A stretch of 64,000 nt of DNA from Nitrosopumilus sp. (lineage in GTDB: Archaea; Thermoproteota; Nitrososphaeria; Nitrososphaerales; Nitrosopumilaceae), in assembly GCA_965205425.1 (NCBI GenBank), contig CBDBGZ010000009.1, positions 736,001 to 800,000 on the forward strand, in the 5' to 3' direction. The notes beneath the pieces are model-generated. The model worked only from the letters and a program-made list of their open reading frames with translations, had not been told where the DNA came from and searched no databases. Positions 31,709 through 42,596 of the stretch are shown in pieces; the stretch's first letter is position 1, and each line of letters starts with the position of its first letter. The translations under genes were made by a program, and so were the position numbers.

Positions 31709-32629
31709 CTACTCAATTAGCTTTAATGTTTTCTTAATCAAGACTGCTCTGTTTCTAATAGTAACATCACTTACTCCAGATTCTACTGCAAACTTTTTCT
31801 GGCTAATTTTCTCGCCATTCAAAATACATGAAATGTATAATGATGCAGCAGCTTGTGCTACTGGGTGTTTTCCTGCAGTAATCTGTTCTTTTTCAGAGCG
31901 TGCTAGTATCTCAAATGCATCTCGTTTTGTTTTTTCTTTTAGATTCATGTTGTTTGAGATCTTTGAGATAAACGAGGCAGTGTTATACTGATTAAGATTC
32001 AATTCAAGCTTTTTGATTATGGTTCTCAAATCTCTAGACAGTATTCTTCTTTCACCATTTCCAGCCTTTGCAATATCATCCAATGTTCTTGGAATGTTGT
32101 TTTCTCTACAGGCTGCATATAACGAGGCTGAAATCAAAGAATTCATTGTTCTTCCTCTAGTTAGCTTTGCACCAACTACCTTTCTGTAAATGTAGGCTGC
32201 ATTTTCTACAACATTATTTGGGATTCCTAGTTTGGTTTTCATTCCGTGAAGCTTTGTGAATGCTTTGCTTAAACTAGCAGTTTTTCTTGATTTGCTTCGT
32301 TGATCCCAAGTTCGTAGTCTATTGAATTCATATTTTGTTTTGCTAGATAATGAATTTCCAGAAGAATCTTTATTCGTACCAATTACAGTTGAAAGTCCTT
32401 TGTCATGCATTGTTAGTGATGTAGCAGGACCTGTTCTTGCTAGCTTCATAAAGTCTTCAGAGTTGTAACCGTTGTTCTCATATGATGCGTCAGCCATATT
32501 TTGCAATAGGATAAGACCGCAACCCCCACAAACAATTTCTCCTCTTTCAGAATCTGTAATTGCAGGGTAGGTTTTGCAAGCATCTAGTTGACACTTGGCA
32601 TCATAATCGTTTGAATAATTTTCTACCAC
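31709..32629 (-). CDS. tfb: Transcription initiation factor IIB paralog
   Basis: N-terminal Zn-ribbon-like cysteines, HDKGLST, cyclin repeats, VSDVTIRNR. Confidence 0.93.
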   Translation of the reverse strand: MVENYSNDYDAKCQLDACKTYPAITDSERGEIVCGGCGLILLQNMADASYENNGYNSEDFMKLARTGPATSLTMHDKGLSTVIGTNKDSSGNSLSSKTKYEFNRLRTWDQRSKSRKTASLSKAFTKLHGMKTKLGIPNNVVENAAYIYRKVVGAKLTRGRTMNSLISASLYAACRENNIPRTLDDIAKAGNGERRILSRDLRTIIKKLELNLNQYNTASFISKISNNMNLKEKTKRDAFEILARSEKEQITAGKHPVAQAAASLYISCILNGEKISQKKFAVESGVSDVTIRNRAVLIKKTLKLIE

Positions 32630-32809
32630 TATTAACTACTATAGGCAATTATAAAATAAAAATAATGTGATTCAGGTAATTTTGTATTCAAAACTAAACT
32701 TCGTAAACGAAAAATTCCTAATTTTTTGTTAAAATTGAATTCTTATCTTCAATACAACACACATTGTAATAAATGTTAAAAATGAAAATAATTTTTTGAA
32801 AGAAAATAT

Positions 32810-33001
32810 CTATTTCTTAATTGATTCTAAAGAATGTCCACGATTTGTAATCATTTGAGTAACTGCTTCAACAGTATAATCAATTCCATGTTCTTCTTCA
32901 AAATGATTTCTTAATTTTTCAATCAGACCTATAGTTTTTTCTTCATCTAGAATGTAATCACATTCAAAACCATAATCTTCACATCTCAATTTTAATGTCA
33001 T
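32810..33001 (-). CDS. Small metal-binding protein (DUF1059-like)
   Basis: CEDYGFECD...HFEEEHG. Confidence 0.75.
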   Translation of the reverse strand: MTLKLRCEDYGFECDYILDEEKTIGLIEKLRNHFEEEHGIDYTVEAVTQMITNRGHSLESIKK

Positions 33002-33134
33002 TCAGTCTGGCAAAAATATTGAACCTATAAAAACCATAGACACATCTTTCTTTATCAATACAAAATTAGGCACAAATTGGGCTTAATCCCTCTCCAAATA
33101 GCACTAATAATGTCAAATTGTCACTATTGGATAG

Positions 33135-33515
33135 ATGAAAGGTTTAGAGTTTGTTTTTCTTGCAGCAGGTTCAGTATTAGGAGCATTTCTAAGATACAAA
33201 GTAACTGAATCACCATTACTATTCAATACATTACCACTCAACGTTTTGATAGTTAATGTATTAGGAGCATTCATTCTAGGAGCATTCATTGTTTTATCTC
33301 AACATTGGCAAATTGATGGAAGATATTCTCTATTTGCAGCTGTAGGATTTTGTGGTTCACTCACTACAATGTCATCGTTTGCACTTGATTCAAGTAATCT
33401 TTTAGAGAATAATCATTATGGTACACTAGCTATCAATATTTTAACTAATGTTGGTTTATCCATTGCTGCGTTAATTGGTGGAAAGTCATTAATGAGTGCA
33501 GTTGTTAATAATTAG
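33135..33515 (+). CDS. crcB: Fluoride efflux channel FluC/CrcB
   Basis: GAFLRY, NVLGAF, GFCGSLTTMSSF. Confidence 0.93.
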   Translation: MKGLEFVFLAAGSVLGAFLRYKVTESPLLFNTLPLNVLIVNVLGAFILGAFIVLSQHWQIDGRYSLFAAVGFCGSLTTMSSFALDSSNLLENNHYGTLAINILTNVGLSIAALIGGKSLMSAVVNN

Positions 33516-33520
33516 TAGAA

Positions 33521-33751
33521 ATGGTCTATTCATATCAGGTTGTAAAATTTCAAACAATTTCTTTTGTTCAAGGAAATCACTGGTCTCAATCAGTTGGAGA
33601 TAAAGGAATTCTTTACAAATCACTTAAAGATCCATATTCAAAACTGATTGTCCAATCATCTAACGGTTCAAAAAAATTATATCATGTCCCAAAAGATAGA
33701 ACCGTCGTAGTAACAAATGACACAATTCATTTTCTTGGAGAATTAGCTTAA
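33521..33751 (+). CDS. Hypothetical protein
   Basis: 76-aa ORF following crcB. Confidence 0.6.
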   Translation: MVYSYQVVKFQTISFVQGNHWSQSVGDKGILYKSLKDPYSKLIVQSSNGSKKLYHVPKDRTVVVTNDTIHFLGELA

Positions 33752-34024
33752 TTATTTAAAAAACTGATCAACTTGATCTCTATACTTTAGAGCAATTTTT
33801 CCAAAATCAGTAAAATCATCTGCAGTTGGATATTTCATTTTCATTGCAAATTGATTTACAAATACAGATAATGCACTACCAATAATTAGATTATACACTC
33901 CATCTGCAATATTATTAGAGTATGGAAATGCGACTCTGATAAATGGCAAGTATGTTTCAGTCTGTGAAATCATTAATTTAATGTGCTTCTCAACAAATTC
34001 TTCCACGTCTGCAGGAATTGCCAT
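33752..34024 (-). CDS. Hypothetical protein
   Basis: 90-aa ORF with typical codon usage. Confidence 0.6.
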   Translation of the reverse strand: MAIPADVEEFVEKHIKLMISQTETYLPFIRVAFPYSNNIADGVYNLIIGSALSVFVNQFAMKMKYPTADDFTDFGKIALKYRDQVDQFFK

Positions 34025-34081
34025 AACTATACTTGTCTTGATTTCTTATAAGTAGAACTTTAATTCTTAGGCATGATTTTT

Positions 34082-34291
34082 TTATCTTACAATTTGTGCC
34101 ATGTACTTTTCTTTACCTTTCCTACTTCTCGGCAAACATCTTAACTGTCTATTACAGCAAGGGCAAATAATTCCTTCATATTCTACAAATACTTCACAAT
34201 AATTACATCTTTTTTGTCCAGCTGCATACCTGCCAATCTCTGTTGGTTTTAGAGCCTTGTATTTTTTACATTTACCTATACAATAAGTCAT
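34082..34291 (-). CDS. Cys-rich zinc-binding small protein
   Basis: CxxxC...RCNYC...CPCC...LR..PR. Confidence 0.7.
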   Translation of the reverse strand: MTYCIGKCKKYKALKPTEIGRYAAGQKRCNYCEVFVEYEGIICPCCNRQLRCLPRSRKGKEKYMAQIVR

Positions 34292-34399
34292 GAAATAATG
34301 TAAAATTATCTAAAGATAAAACCTATGATTGCACTGCACTTCACTTTTACAAATTATATTAAAATGAAATTGAATTTATATCGCTAATTTTACATTTTA

Positions 34400-34702
34400 T
34401 TGTTGCTTGAATTAGATAAAAAAGTATTTGGAAATATTACTACTAAAGAAATCATAGGAGCTGATCCACCCGCAATTCCTGATACGAAAAATAATTTTGA
34501 AAAAGAGCTGAGCACTTTACTTACAGAGTTAGGATCTATTCCAAAAATGAATCTTGAAAAACTCTTAGATGAACAAAAAATTGCAGAATCACATATCAAT
34601 AGCAGACCTGGAGCAATGGCTTTAGCACAAAATAAAATTCAACTATTCAATGAATATAATCAAAAATATATTCAACTAATTAAAGAAAAATTAGAATCAT
34701 AA
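34400..34702 (+). CDS. Hypothetical protein
   Basis: 100-aa ORF. Confidence 0.6.
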   Translation: MLLELDKKVFGNITTKEIIGADPPAIPDTKNNFEKELSTLLTELGSIPKMNLEKLLDEQKIAESHINSRPGAMALAQNKIQLFNEYNQKYIQLIKEKLES

Positions 34703-34770
34703 TCTACAAATAAAACGATTTTCAAATTTTTTATGCCTATTTTTATAAAAAAATTGTTGATTTATAAAAT

Positions 34771-36243
34771 CTATTCTTTGATAGGTTCCTCATCTTTTTC
34801 TTTGATAAATCCACCTTCAATATTGTCATCTATAGGAACATCAGATATTTTTTCAACTATTATGGACCCATCATCTTTTGAATCATCTGCAGGTTTTACA
34901 AATCCACCTTCAACAGATTCTGGTGGAGGAATTTTCTTTGATTTTCCTAATCCGATCGTTGTAATTATTACTGATGATAAAATAATAAAGAAAATTAGTT
35001 GTGGATATGCTTCAGCATTTGGTAATCCCATAGTAATTGGATATGTTGCAAGTACTGCAGCAGCTAATCCTCTGGGAATCATGGAATTTGTTACTGCTCT
35101 ATCCAAAAGTGAAAATCTTTTTGTTAATGTAATCTTTCCAACTAATATTCTTCCAAAGTAAACAGCAATTGTCATCAAAACTCCAAATATCAGATATTCT
35201 ATTTGTCCAAAACTTGCCATTAATCCTACAAACACAAAGAAAAATGATCTTACCAAAAATGTCAATTGGTTATGTGTCGGATCATCAAGCTCAATTCGTG
35301 GTAATTTGAATCTGAGAATTTTTGCAAGATGATTCTTGTTTCCAAGCATTAAACCAAATACTAATGCAGTTAATGCTCCTGATTCTCCAAATGAATTTGC
35401 CAAGAAGAATAAAACAAACAAAACACCTAATGTAAGCATGTAGGCGTGTTGGGCATTACCAAGTTTTGTAGAAACATACATCCAAGGAATTCCAACTCCA
35501 AATCCAAGTACTAGACCTACTACAACGGCACGTCCTATTGTTTCTTGTAATGTTTGAATATCAAAGTGTCCTGCTAGAACTGCTTCAAATAAAATAAATG
35601 CAACAATTGTTGCCAAAATATCAGTTAATGCAGATTCGAAACTAAGCATTGATTTAGTTTCTTCTGAAATTTTGATATTTCTAACCAGTCCAAAAACTAT
35701 TGCAGAACTACTTCCACCTACAATGGAAGCTAATAATATGCTGTCTAACCATGCCCACCCTAAAGCAAAATGAGCCGCAATAGATATCATTACTACAGAT
35801 AGAACAAAACCAAGAACAGCTAGTGTTACTGAAAAATGAGCAGTTTTGATTACATGTTTGATATCTAAATTCAATCCACCATCAAACATGATTATGATTA
35901 ATGCAAGTGCTGCAAAATACGGAACAACTTGAATTACAGCTTCTGGCTGAATCAAACCAAATACTGGTCCAATTATTACGCCAAGGATCATTAGAAAAGC
36001 TACATCTGGAATACCGGTTTTTTTGAAAAATGCTTCTCCTGCAACTCCTAGAAAAATTACTACACCTGCAGCAAGTAATATCACGTGAGCTTCAGCAATT
36101 GGTCCATCATGAATTGATAATGTTCCAATAGAATTCTGTAACTCTGTAAATTTATCTAAAATCATACTTACATCAAAATTGGACATTGTGTCACCAGTTT
36201 GTCCTTCAAACAAATTCAAAATTGATAAAATTATGAGATCCAT
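34771..36243 (-). CDS. Cation:proton antiporter (NhaP/CPA1-like)
   Basis: About 12 TMs; FDGG, FESALTD, PRGLAAAVLA. Confidence 0.9.
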   Translation of the reverse strand: MDLIILSILNLFEGQTGDTMSNFDVSMILDKFTELQNSIGTLSIHDGPIAEAHVILLAAGVVIFLGVAGEAFFKKTGIPDVAFLMILGVIIGPVFGLIQPEAVIQVVPYFAALALIIIMFDGGLNLDIKHVIKTAHFSVTLAVLGFVLSVVMISIAAHFALGWAWLDSILLASIVGGSSSAIVFGLVRNIKISEETKSMLSFESALTDILATIVAFILFEAVLAGHFDIQTLQETIGRAVVVGLVLGFGVGIPWMYVSTKLGNAQHAYMLTLGVLFVLFFLANSFGESGALTALVFGLMLGNKNHLAKILRFKLPRIELDDPTHNQLTFLVRSFFFVFVGLMASFGQIEYLIFGVLMTIAVYFGRILVGKITLTKRFSLLDRAVTNSMIPRGLAAAVLATYPITMGLPNAEAYPQLIFFIILSSVIITTIGLGKSKKIPPPESVEGGFVKPADDSKDDGSIIVEKISDVPIDDNIEGGFIKEKDEEPIKE

Positions 36244-36344
36244 TTATGACTGAATGTAAATACATCTGGATAAAAGTTAAACTCGACAAATTAACAATTC
36301 TAGGCTCTTTACTGATTTTTAAATAACGTAATTGAGACTAGAAT

Positions 36345-36887
36345 ATGAGTGCCACAAATCAATTGCGTGCTGATCATGATCAAGTTCGCCGTCTAGAAAA
36401 AATAGTCTCAAAATGTGCTGATGAATTATACAACGGCACCAAAATCCCGTTCTCAGATCTTACAAAAATCACCATAGTGATTTCAGAATTTGTAGATACA
36501 ATTCATCATTCAAGAGAAGAAGATTCGTATTTTCCGTGTGTAGCAAGCTATGATAATCTAAAAGAAGAAATAAGAAAATTTATGATTGAACATGAATTTG
36601 GAAGAAATATTGCTAGACAAATATCCGATCATCTCAAAAGATGGAAAAATGGGGAAGATGCAAAAGAACCTGTATCAAGATATCTGAGAGCGTATGCAAT
36701 TTTTCTAAATGATCATCTTAACAAAGAAGACAGGTTCTTTGATACTGCAGAGGCTGAGGTTTTATCAAAAGAAGAAGAAATTGAAATGTATGAACAATAT
36801 AGATCAATTTTTACAATTGTAAAAAAAGTGGAAGAACTAATTGCAGAAATTGATTATTTAGAAAACCAACCTTGGGCTAAAAACTAA
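36345..36887 (+). CDS. Hemerythrin-like (HHE) protein
   Basis: HHSREED..FP, EH, HLNKED motifs. Confidence 0.85.
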   Translation: MSATNQLRADHDQVRRLEKIVSKCADELYNGTKIPFSDLTKITIVISEFVDTIHHSREEDSYFPCVASYDNLKEEIRKFMIEHEFGRNIARQISDHLKRWKNGEDAKEPVSRYLRAYAIFLNDHLNKEDRFFDTAEAEVLSKEEEIEMYEQYRSIFTIVKKVEELIAEIDYLENQPWAKN

Positions 36888-36899
36888 CGTAAGCTCTTT

Positions 36900-37439
36900 A
36901 TGGGTTATTTGGAAATTTTATTCATGAAACCTTTCATTCTTTGGATGACTGGTCTTCCTTGTTCAGGAAAGACCACAATCGTAAAAGATTTGCAAAAAGA
37001 CATTCCAAATTTGGCAATGCTTGATGGTGATGAACTAAGAGAATGGTTCTCTCCAAAAGACTTTTCAAAAGCTGGCCGTGATGAGCATAACAAAAAAGTT
37101 GCTCATTTAGCAAAGCTTTTGTTAAAACATGGTGTTCCAAGTGCAGTATCTCTTGTATCTCCATATCTTGAGAACCGAGAAAATGCAAGGGAGATTGTTG
37201 ATACAGGTGATCAATTTGCAGAATGTTATGTAAAATGTTCACTTGAAAAATGTGAAGAAAGAGATGTCAAAGGTATGTATGCTAAAGCAAGAAAAGGAGA
37301 AATCAAAGGATTTACAGGAATTGATGATCCTTACGAGGCTCCAGAAAAAGCTGATTTAGTTGTTGATACAGAACATGACTCACTTTCAGACAGTGCAAAC
37401 AAAGTAAAGGACTTCCTTAAAGGAAGAAACCTACTCTAA
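36900..37439 (+). CDS. cysC: Adenylyl-sulfate kinase
   Basis: GLPCSGKTT, LDGDELR, KGFTGIDDPYEAP. Confidence 0.95.
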   Translation: MGYLEILFMKPFILWMTGLPCSGKTTIVKDLQKDIPNLAMLDGDELREWFSPKDFSKAGRDEHNKKVAHLAKLLLKHGVPSAVSLVSPYLENRENAREIVDTGDQFAECYVKCSLEKCEERDVKGMYAKARKGEIKGFTGIDDPYEAPEKADLVVDTEHDSLSDSANKVKDFLKGRNLL

Positions 37440-38246
37440 TTTTTTAAATTCTTCAACTATTTTTTCATGAATTAATCCATTAGTTACAAGAATTCCATTT
37501 TGGTGATACACATCTTCATTATTGTATGTGAGATCATTTCCTAACATGTCAGTCATTTTTCCACCTGCTTCAGAAATTATACAATACGAAGCAGCTGAAT
37601 CCCACTCTTTCATTTTATTTGTTGTTGTAATGTATGCTTCAGCTTCACCAGAACTTATCTTTCCAACTTTTAATGAACTACCTATACTTGTAAAATCTTC
37701 AATACCTAATTTTTTAATAAATGATTTTTCTTTATCTGATAAATGATGTCTTGAACCAACAGTTCTACATTTAGGAATTTCTGAAACTTGTGTTACAGTT
37801 ATTTTTCCCCATTTATTATTTGAAAATCTAAATGCACCATTTCCTTTTTGTGCAACAAACATTGTTTTTTCTGTTGGCCATCCAATTACTCCAAGAATTG
37901 GTTTTTTATTTTTGATTAATGAAATCATTACTGTAAATTCACCAGTTTTGTCAATAAAATCAGAAGTTCCATCTAATGGATCCACAATCCAAATTATTTC
38001 CTGTGACAATCTACTCAAGTCATCTTTGTCTTCTTCAGATAGAATTTGGTGTGTAGTTTGTGAGAGGATTTTTTTAATAATTTCATTACTTTTTAGATCA
38101 GCATCTGTTATAGGAGAATCGTCATTTTTTGTAGATGTTTCATATTCTGCATGATAAATCTCTAGAATTGCTTCACCTGCTTCTCTTGCAGCCTTGATAG
38201 CAATTTCTAACTCTGGAATTTTATCAGAAATAGGTATGTCTTTCAA
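37431..38246 (-). CDS. cysQ: 3'(2'),5'-bisphosphate nucleotidase
   Basis: SEE, WIVDPLDGT, EWD. Confidence 0.9.
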   Translation of the reverse strand: MKDIPISDKIPELEIAIKAAREAGEAILEIYHAEYETSTKNDDSPITDADLKSNEIIKKILSQTTHQILSEEDKDDLSRLSQEIIWIVDPLDGTSDFIDKTGEFTVMISLIKNKKPILGVIGWPTEKTMFVAQKGNGAFRFSNNKWGKITVTQVSEIPKCRTVGSRHHLSDKEKSFIKKLGIEDFTSIGSSLKVGKISSGEAEAYITTTNKMKEWDSAASYCIISEAGGKMTDMLGNDLTYNNEDVYHQNGILVTNGLIHEKIVEEFKKLE

Positions 38247-38256
38247 TTGAAATTAC

Positions 38257-38499
38257 CTAAGTTGTAAGTTCTGGTTTTAGTGTCCAAGCAACTCCAAGAA
38301 CAATAAATGGAATTGACATTACTCCTATGATAGCTAATATTGTATTAAATTGGGTTTCTGACACTTCTGGATTATTTACTATCCATGGAAGTGGTAATGT
38401 GATAATTATCCAAATAATTCCTAAAAGTATGATTAATTTTGCTTTAGATTTTTTATCATTCATCATATTTGTTCTCCTCCGGAGTTGTATTAAATTCAT
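38257..38499 (-). CDS. Small membrane protein
   Basis: Two TMs. Confidence 0.6.
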   Translation of the reverse strand: MNLIQLRRRTNMMNDKKSKAKLIILLGIIWIIITLPLPWIVNNPEVSETQFNTILAIIGVMSIPFIVLGVAWTLKPELTT

Positions 38500-38505
38500 G
38501 TGAAT

Positions 38506-39249
38506 TCATTTGATTGATTCCCCTCCATCTACAGTAAGAATCGCACCTGTAGTCCAAGATGCATCATTTGAGGCAAAATACAGCACTGCTCTTCCTATCT
38601 CATCAGGCTGTCCAATTCTACCTAATGGATGTTCGTTATCCATGAATTCTTTATCTTTCTGAGTTTTCAAAAATGGTTTTGTCATATCTGTATCAACTAC
38701 TCCAGGACAAATACAATTCACTCTAATCTTATCTTTAGAATATTCTAATGCCCAACATTTTGTTAATAGGATTAATGCCGCCTTTGATGCAGAATATGCA
38801 TCTGCATTAAATCCTTCATAGGCCTTTATTCCTGCATCTGATGAAATATTAATTATTGAACCGAATGTTTTTTGTAAATGAGGAATTGCTTCTTTAGTAA
38901 ATCTATACTGTCCTGTAAGATTCACATCTAATACTTTGTTCCATTCATCTTCATCAATTTCATGCAATTTTTTAATTTGTGGAAAAACTCCTGCATTATT
39001 TACAAGAATATCTAATTTACCAAATTTCTCAATAATTTCTCTTATGACATTTTTTACCTCATTTGTTTTTCTAATGTCAGCTGTAATTGAAATTGCATTT
39101 GGAATTTCTTTTATTGCATTTTTCAATCGCTCTTTATCTTTTGCAGTAATGATTACTGTAGCTCCATTTTCTGCTAAAATTTTTGCGGTAGCTAACCCTA
39201 TACCACGACTTCCACCTGTAACTAGGGCAACCTTATCTGATAATTTCAA
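38506..39249 (-). CDS. Short-chain dehydrogenase/reductase
   Basis: TGGSRGIG, NNAG, YSASK. Confidence 0.92.
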   Translation of the reverse strand: MKLSDKVALVTGGSRGIGLATAKILAENGATVIITAKDKERLKNAIKEIPNAISITADIRKTNEVKNVIREIIEKFGKLDILVNNAGVFPQIKKLHEIDEDEWNKVLDVNLTGQYRFTKEAIPHLQKTFGSIINISSDAGIKAYEGFNADAYSASKAALILLTKCWALEYSKDKIRVNCICPGVVDTDMTKPFLKTQKDKEFMDNEHPLGRIGQPDEIGRAVLYFASNDASWTTGAILTVDGGESIK

Positions 39250-39419
39250 TAATTTTTAGATGTGAATTTAGTAATTTATAGATCAATTAGCTAATAATGC
39301 AAATATTAGAAATTATACAAAAACTATTATTTTTATGTAAAATTTCATATTAAATGTTAAATACTTAAAGTTACTATAGTAATTAATGTCGAAAGATATA
39401 ATTGCTATCGACTAAACCT

Positions 39420-39518
39420 GCGTAGCCCCGCAGAACGAACAAGGTGATCAGACGTTAAACGGCTGACAAAGAGAGGAAATCTCTCAGTGTTCTGTAACAA
39501 AGGGGTGTACGCCTTTTT
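39420..39518 (+). ncRNA. Candidate structured ncRNA of unknown family
   Basis: GC-rich island in AT-rich spacer; nested stems and two hairpins; TATA-like element upstream and T5 downstream. Confidence 0.6.
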
Positions 39519-39960
39519 AATTTTCTAAAATGTCCACAGATACCGAACCTATTGTTTTACCATTTGGATTGATTGTAATTGAAATTTCTTGCATTTCCAA
39601 TATTGTAATATTTTTTTGTCCATCATAATCCCATGTATAATATTCTGATATCCCAGTTTGATGCGGTGTTCCAACTAGTTTGAAATCTTCGGTATATGCA
39701 AATGAATCTCCATCTAATGTAATTGACAAAACTTTTGGGCTACTGCCATTTGGAACAAATCTAAAATAATATTCTCCTTTTTCAATTGTGAATGTATTTG
39801 TGTATATCCCATCAACGTAAAGTTTAGGATCTGCTAGCGTTACATGAAATTGTATATTCTTTTTTTCACTAGATTCTTCAAATGAAAAACTTGCTAAAAT
39901 AATTGCCAAAATGATAACTATTGGTACGATTTTTATTTTTTTATTCACTGAAATAAACAT
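39517..39960 (-). CDS. Membrane-anchored hypothetical protein
   Basis: N-terminal TM followed by a beta-rich domain. Confidence 0.65.
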   Translation of the reverse strand: MFISVNKKIKIVPIVIILAIILASFSFEESSEKKNIQFHVTLADPKLYVDGIYTNTFTIEKGEYYFRFVPNGSSPKVLSITLDGDSFAYTEDFKLVGTPHQTGISEYYTWDYDGQKNITILEMQEISITINPNGKTIGSVSVDILEN

Positions 39961-40033
39961 AAAATTCCATTATAAAAGTAAATTCCATATAATATCAATA
40001 TGCTTAAGTTCCTAATTTTATAAAAATTTGTAA

Positions 40034-40318
40034 ATGAGTTTTAATTGTAAGAGATGTAATTCAGTTTTCCAAATAGAGATAAAATCAATATGTAAAAATT
40101 GTAAAATTCAATTAGATTTACTAAATCAAGAGTTAAAAATTAATAATGAAAGAATCAAAAAACTCGAAGAACATAAAAAATCTGAATCAAATAATCCTAA
40201 ATCTACAAATCCTCACACAAGATCAGAAACAATGAAACGAATAGAGTATAACTTACAGCTTGAATACAAAAAACATGATGGAATTATTAAAATGATGAAT
40301 TCTACTGATTTATTCTAA
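40034..40318 (+). CDS. Hypothetical protein (CxxC...CxxC, coiled coil)
   Basis: 94-aa ORF. Confidence 0.5.
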   Translation: MSFNCKRCNSVFQIEIKSICKNCKIQLDLLNQELKINNERIKKLEEHKKSESNNPKSTNPHTRSETMKRIEYNLQLEYKKHDGIIKMMNSTDLF

Positions 40319-40494
40319 ATCGTTCTTGTTTGGGTTATGATTATTTCTTAATTTGAAATTAATTTTTTATCTCTTTAATTATTTAATTTTTTAGGAAGAG
40401 ATTTTTGATATACTCACTTTTAGTTAGTAATTTTTTATGTTCTGTAAACCATTCTTTACACCGGAAATTAAGTACACATTCTAAAATCAAAGGC

Positions 40495-41142
40495 ATGCCT
40501 AGCGGTCTATCCAACAAATGGTCAAAGCAACCACAGCCTGGTATTACTGAAAAAATTGGTGATACAATAAAGCCAAAAGGTGCCCTAAAACCACGAGTTC
40601 AGGAAGGAATTAAAAAATTACAATTACAAATTAAAAAATTAGATACAATGCTTTCAAGTTTACAAGAGCGTGATGCAAAACTATTCCAAAGAATTGTTGA
40701 TGCAACACAAAAACATGATGTTCAAACTACCAAAGTTCTCGGAAATGAACTTGCTGAAGTACGAAAAGTTACGAAAATTTTAAGCAGTGCAAGAATTGCA
40801 CTAGAGCAAATTGAATTACGATTAACTACATGCAGTGATCTTGGAGATACTGTAGTAGCCATTATGCCAACAATGGGATTAATGAAGGGATTAAAGTCAT
40901 CACTTGGCAAAATAATGCCAGGAGCAGAACAAGAAATTGGTCAAATGGCAGAAATGCTTGGTGGATTTATGACTGAAAGTTTCTCAGGTGATGCAGCATT
41001 TGGTACAGATGAAACAATGAGTGCAGAATCTGAAAATATTCTAAAAGAAGCAGCAGCCGTTGCAGAAAGTTCAGCAGGACAAATGTTCCCATCTGTTCCT
41101 ACTGATACACAAGAAGAAGCTTCTACAAACAAATTCTTATAA
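40495..41142 (+). CDS. ESCRT-III/Snf7-family CdvB paralog
   Basis: LKPR...KKLDTMLSSLQERD...NELAEVRK...ALEQIELRL...EAAAVAE...FPSVP; start placed at MPSGLSNKW. Confidence 0.85.
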   Translation: MPSGLSNKWSKQPQPGITEKIGDTIKPKGALKPRVQEGIKKLQLQIKKLDTMLSSLQERDAKLFQRIVDATQKHDVQTTKVLGNELAEVRKVTKILSSARIALEQIELRLTTCSDLGDTVVAIMPTMGLMKGLKSSLGKIMPGAEQEIGQMAEMLGGFMTESFSGDAAFGTDETMSAESENILKEAAAVAESSAGQMFPSVPTDTQEEASTNKFL

Positions 41143-41154
41143 TTTTAAAATCTT

Positions 41155-41625
41155 TTATTCATTCACAGAATCTCTAGATTCTTTAATTTTTCTAACTCTA
41201 CTACCTTCATCATCAATAACTCTATCAACACCAGAAAGTTTTTCTCTTAAAGTATTGATGATCGAACCTACTTCATCTGCCTCACTTTCTACTTGTTGTC
41301 TTTTATTAGCAAGTTCTGCAATTCCTCTATTTTCTTCTTCTATGTATTCACTAACTTTTTGAAGTTTTTCTTTGAGATTTTTAATATCAACTGATTCTTC
41401 TTCTATATCTTTTTCAAGTAATGTTCTTTTATCTTTGAGATTTTTAATCATTAAACCAACATAATCTATTGCTTCTTCTAATTTTGCCCGTTTTCCCATT
41501 AATTCACCAATTCCGATTTGACTGGATGATTCAGTTACTGAGCTAGATTCTACAGATTCTTCAACATTGGTATTTCTTTCTTCTACCATTTCTCCTCCCT
41601 CTTCATTTTTGAATTTATCAAACAT
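41155..41625 (-). CDS. Acidic coiled-coil protein
   Basis: Long heptad region. Confidence 0.65.
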   Translation of the reverse strand: MFDKFKNEEGGEMVEERNTNVEESVESSSVTESSSQIGIGELMGKRAKLEEAIDYVGLMIKNLKDKRTLLEKDIEEESVDIKNLKEKLQKVSEYIEEENRGIAELANKRQQVESEADEVGSIINTLREKLSGVDRVIDDEGSRVRKIKESRDSVNE

Positions 41626-41723
41626 TTTATGATTTACTTTTCAAAATGGGAATAAAAAGTTACATTGCATCTCAAAGCTGACCTTGTGAATGATTTTTAG
41701 TCAATTAAAGAAAAAAGTGGTGA

Positions 41724-42282
41724 TTATCTCACCGGTGTTAAATTTCTGAATTCTTGGTTAGAACCAATTGATTTTTCTGAATTTATGGCAGAATCTACAT
41801 TATGTAACAGCTTGATATTTTGAGCCGTTTCCAGATTTTTCATCATAGAATTCACAAATGAGATCGCATAACCATTTTCCTCATCAGTTTCTGAGATTTT
41901 TCCAGAAAATACCACTTTGAAGACAAGATTCTCGTTTGTAGTATCTTCCTTTATTGAAATTTCCCATAGATTTTCACCAATTTTTAATGCTTTTCCATCA
42001 AAAAGAATGATTCCTGATTGAAATGCCTTGTAGTTTACGTATGCCCATGACATTTGATCATCAAATGATAAAGTTCTCTTCAGATATCTCTTCAGGAAGA
42101 ACATATTGATAGACTTCAAGCTTTCCATCAACCATTTTTTCTGTGAGTATTGCTTTGAGTTCTCTATTTTCTATCTGTTTACCTTCATTTTCTGCAAATG
42201 CATAGGTTACAGATAGGGGTGAAGCACCAAGCATCAAGAGGATGGCTAATGCTCCAATAATACGAATTTGGGTTTTTACCAT
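41724..42282 (-). pseudogene. Frameshifted secreted hypothetical protein
   Basis: Signal-peptide ORF 42061-42282 overlaps ORF 41724-42131; apparent frame change at the CTGAAGAGA repeat near 42075-42095. Confidence 0.6.
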
Positions 42283-42596
42283 GTCAAGATACAGTCTAAA
42301 TGATAGATTAGGAACAGCGAGGAATTGTCCTGTTCCTTATATACAAAATTTTGTCAAAGTCATCCAAATTTTAGAAAAAAGAATCATTTTCTTCAAAATG
42401 CTTCAAAAGACTGTTTTTTGATAAAAATAATATTTTTTTAGATTAATTCTTAGGCATGTTTTTCACCAATCTTTTTCCTATATTTTGAAAATCATCAAAA
42501 ACAAGGTATTTTTTTGGCGAAACTGGTGTTCCGCTTTGTGTTCCGCTGTGAAGTTTCAAAATGTTCCTCATAAACTACATTGTTCTATACTAGAGC

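Noticed and set aside
33040..33134. Fluoride riboswitch upstream of crcB
   Set aside because: No GGCGATGG...CTGATG-type consensus or matching stems visible
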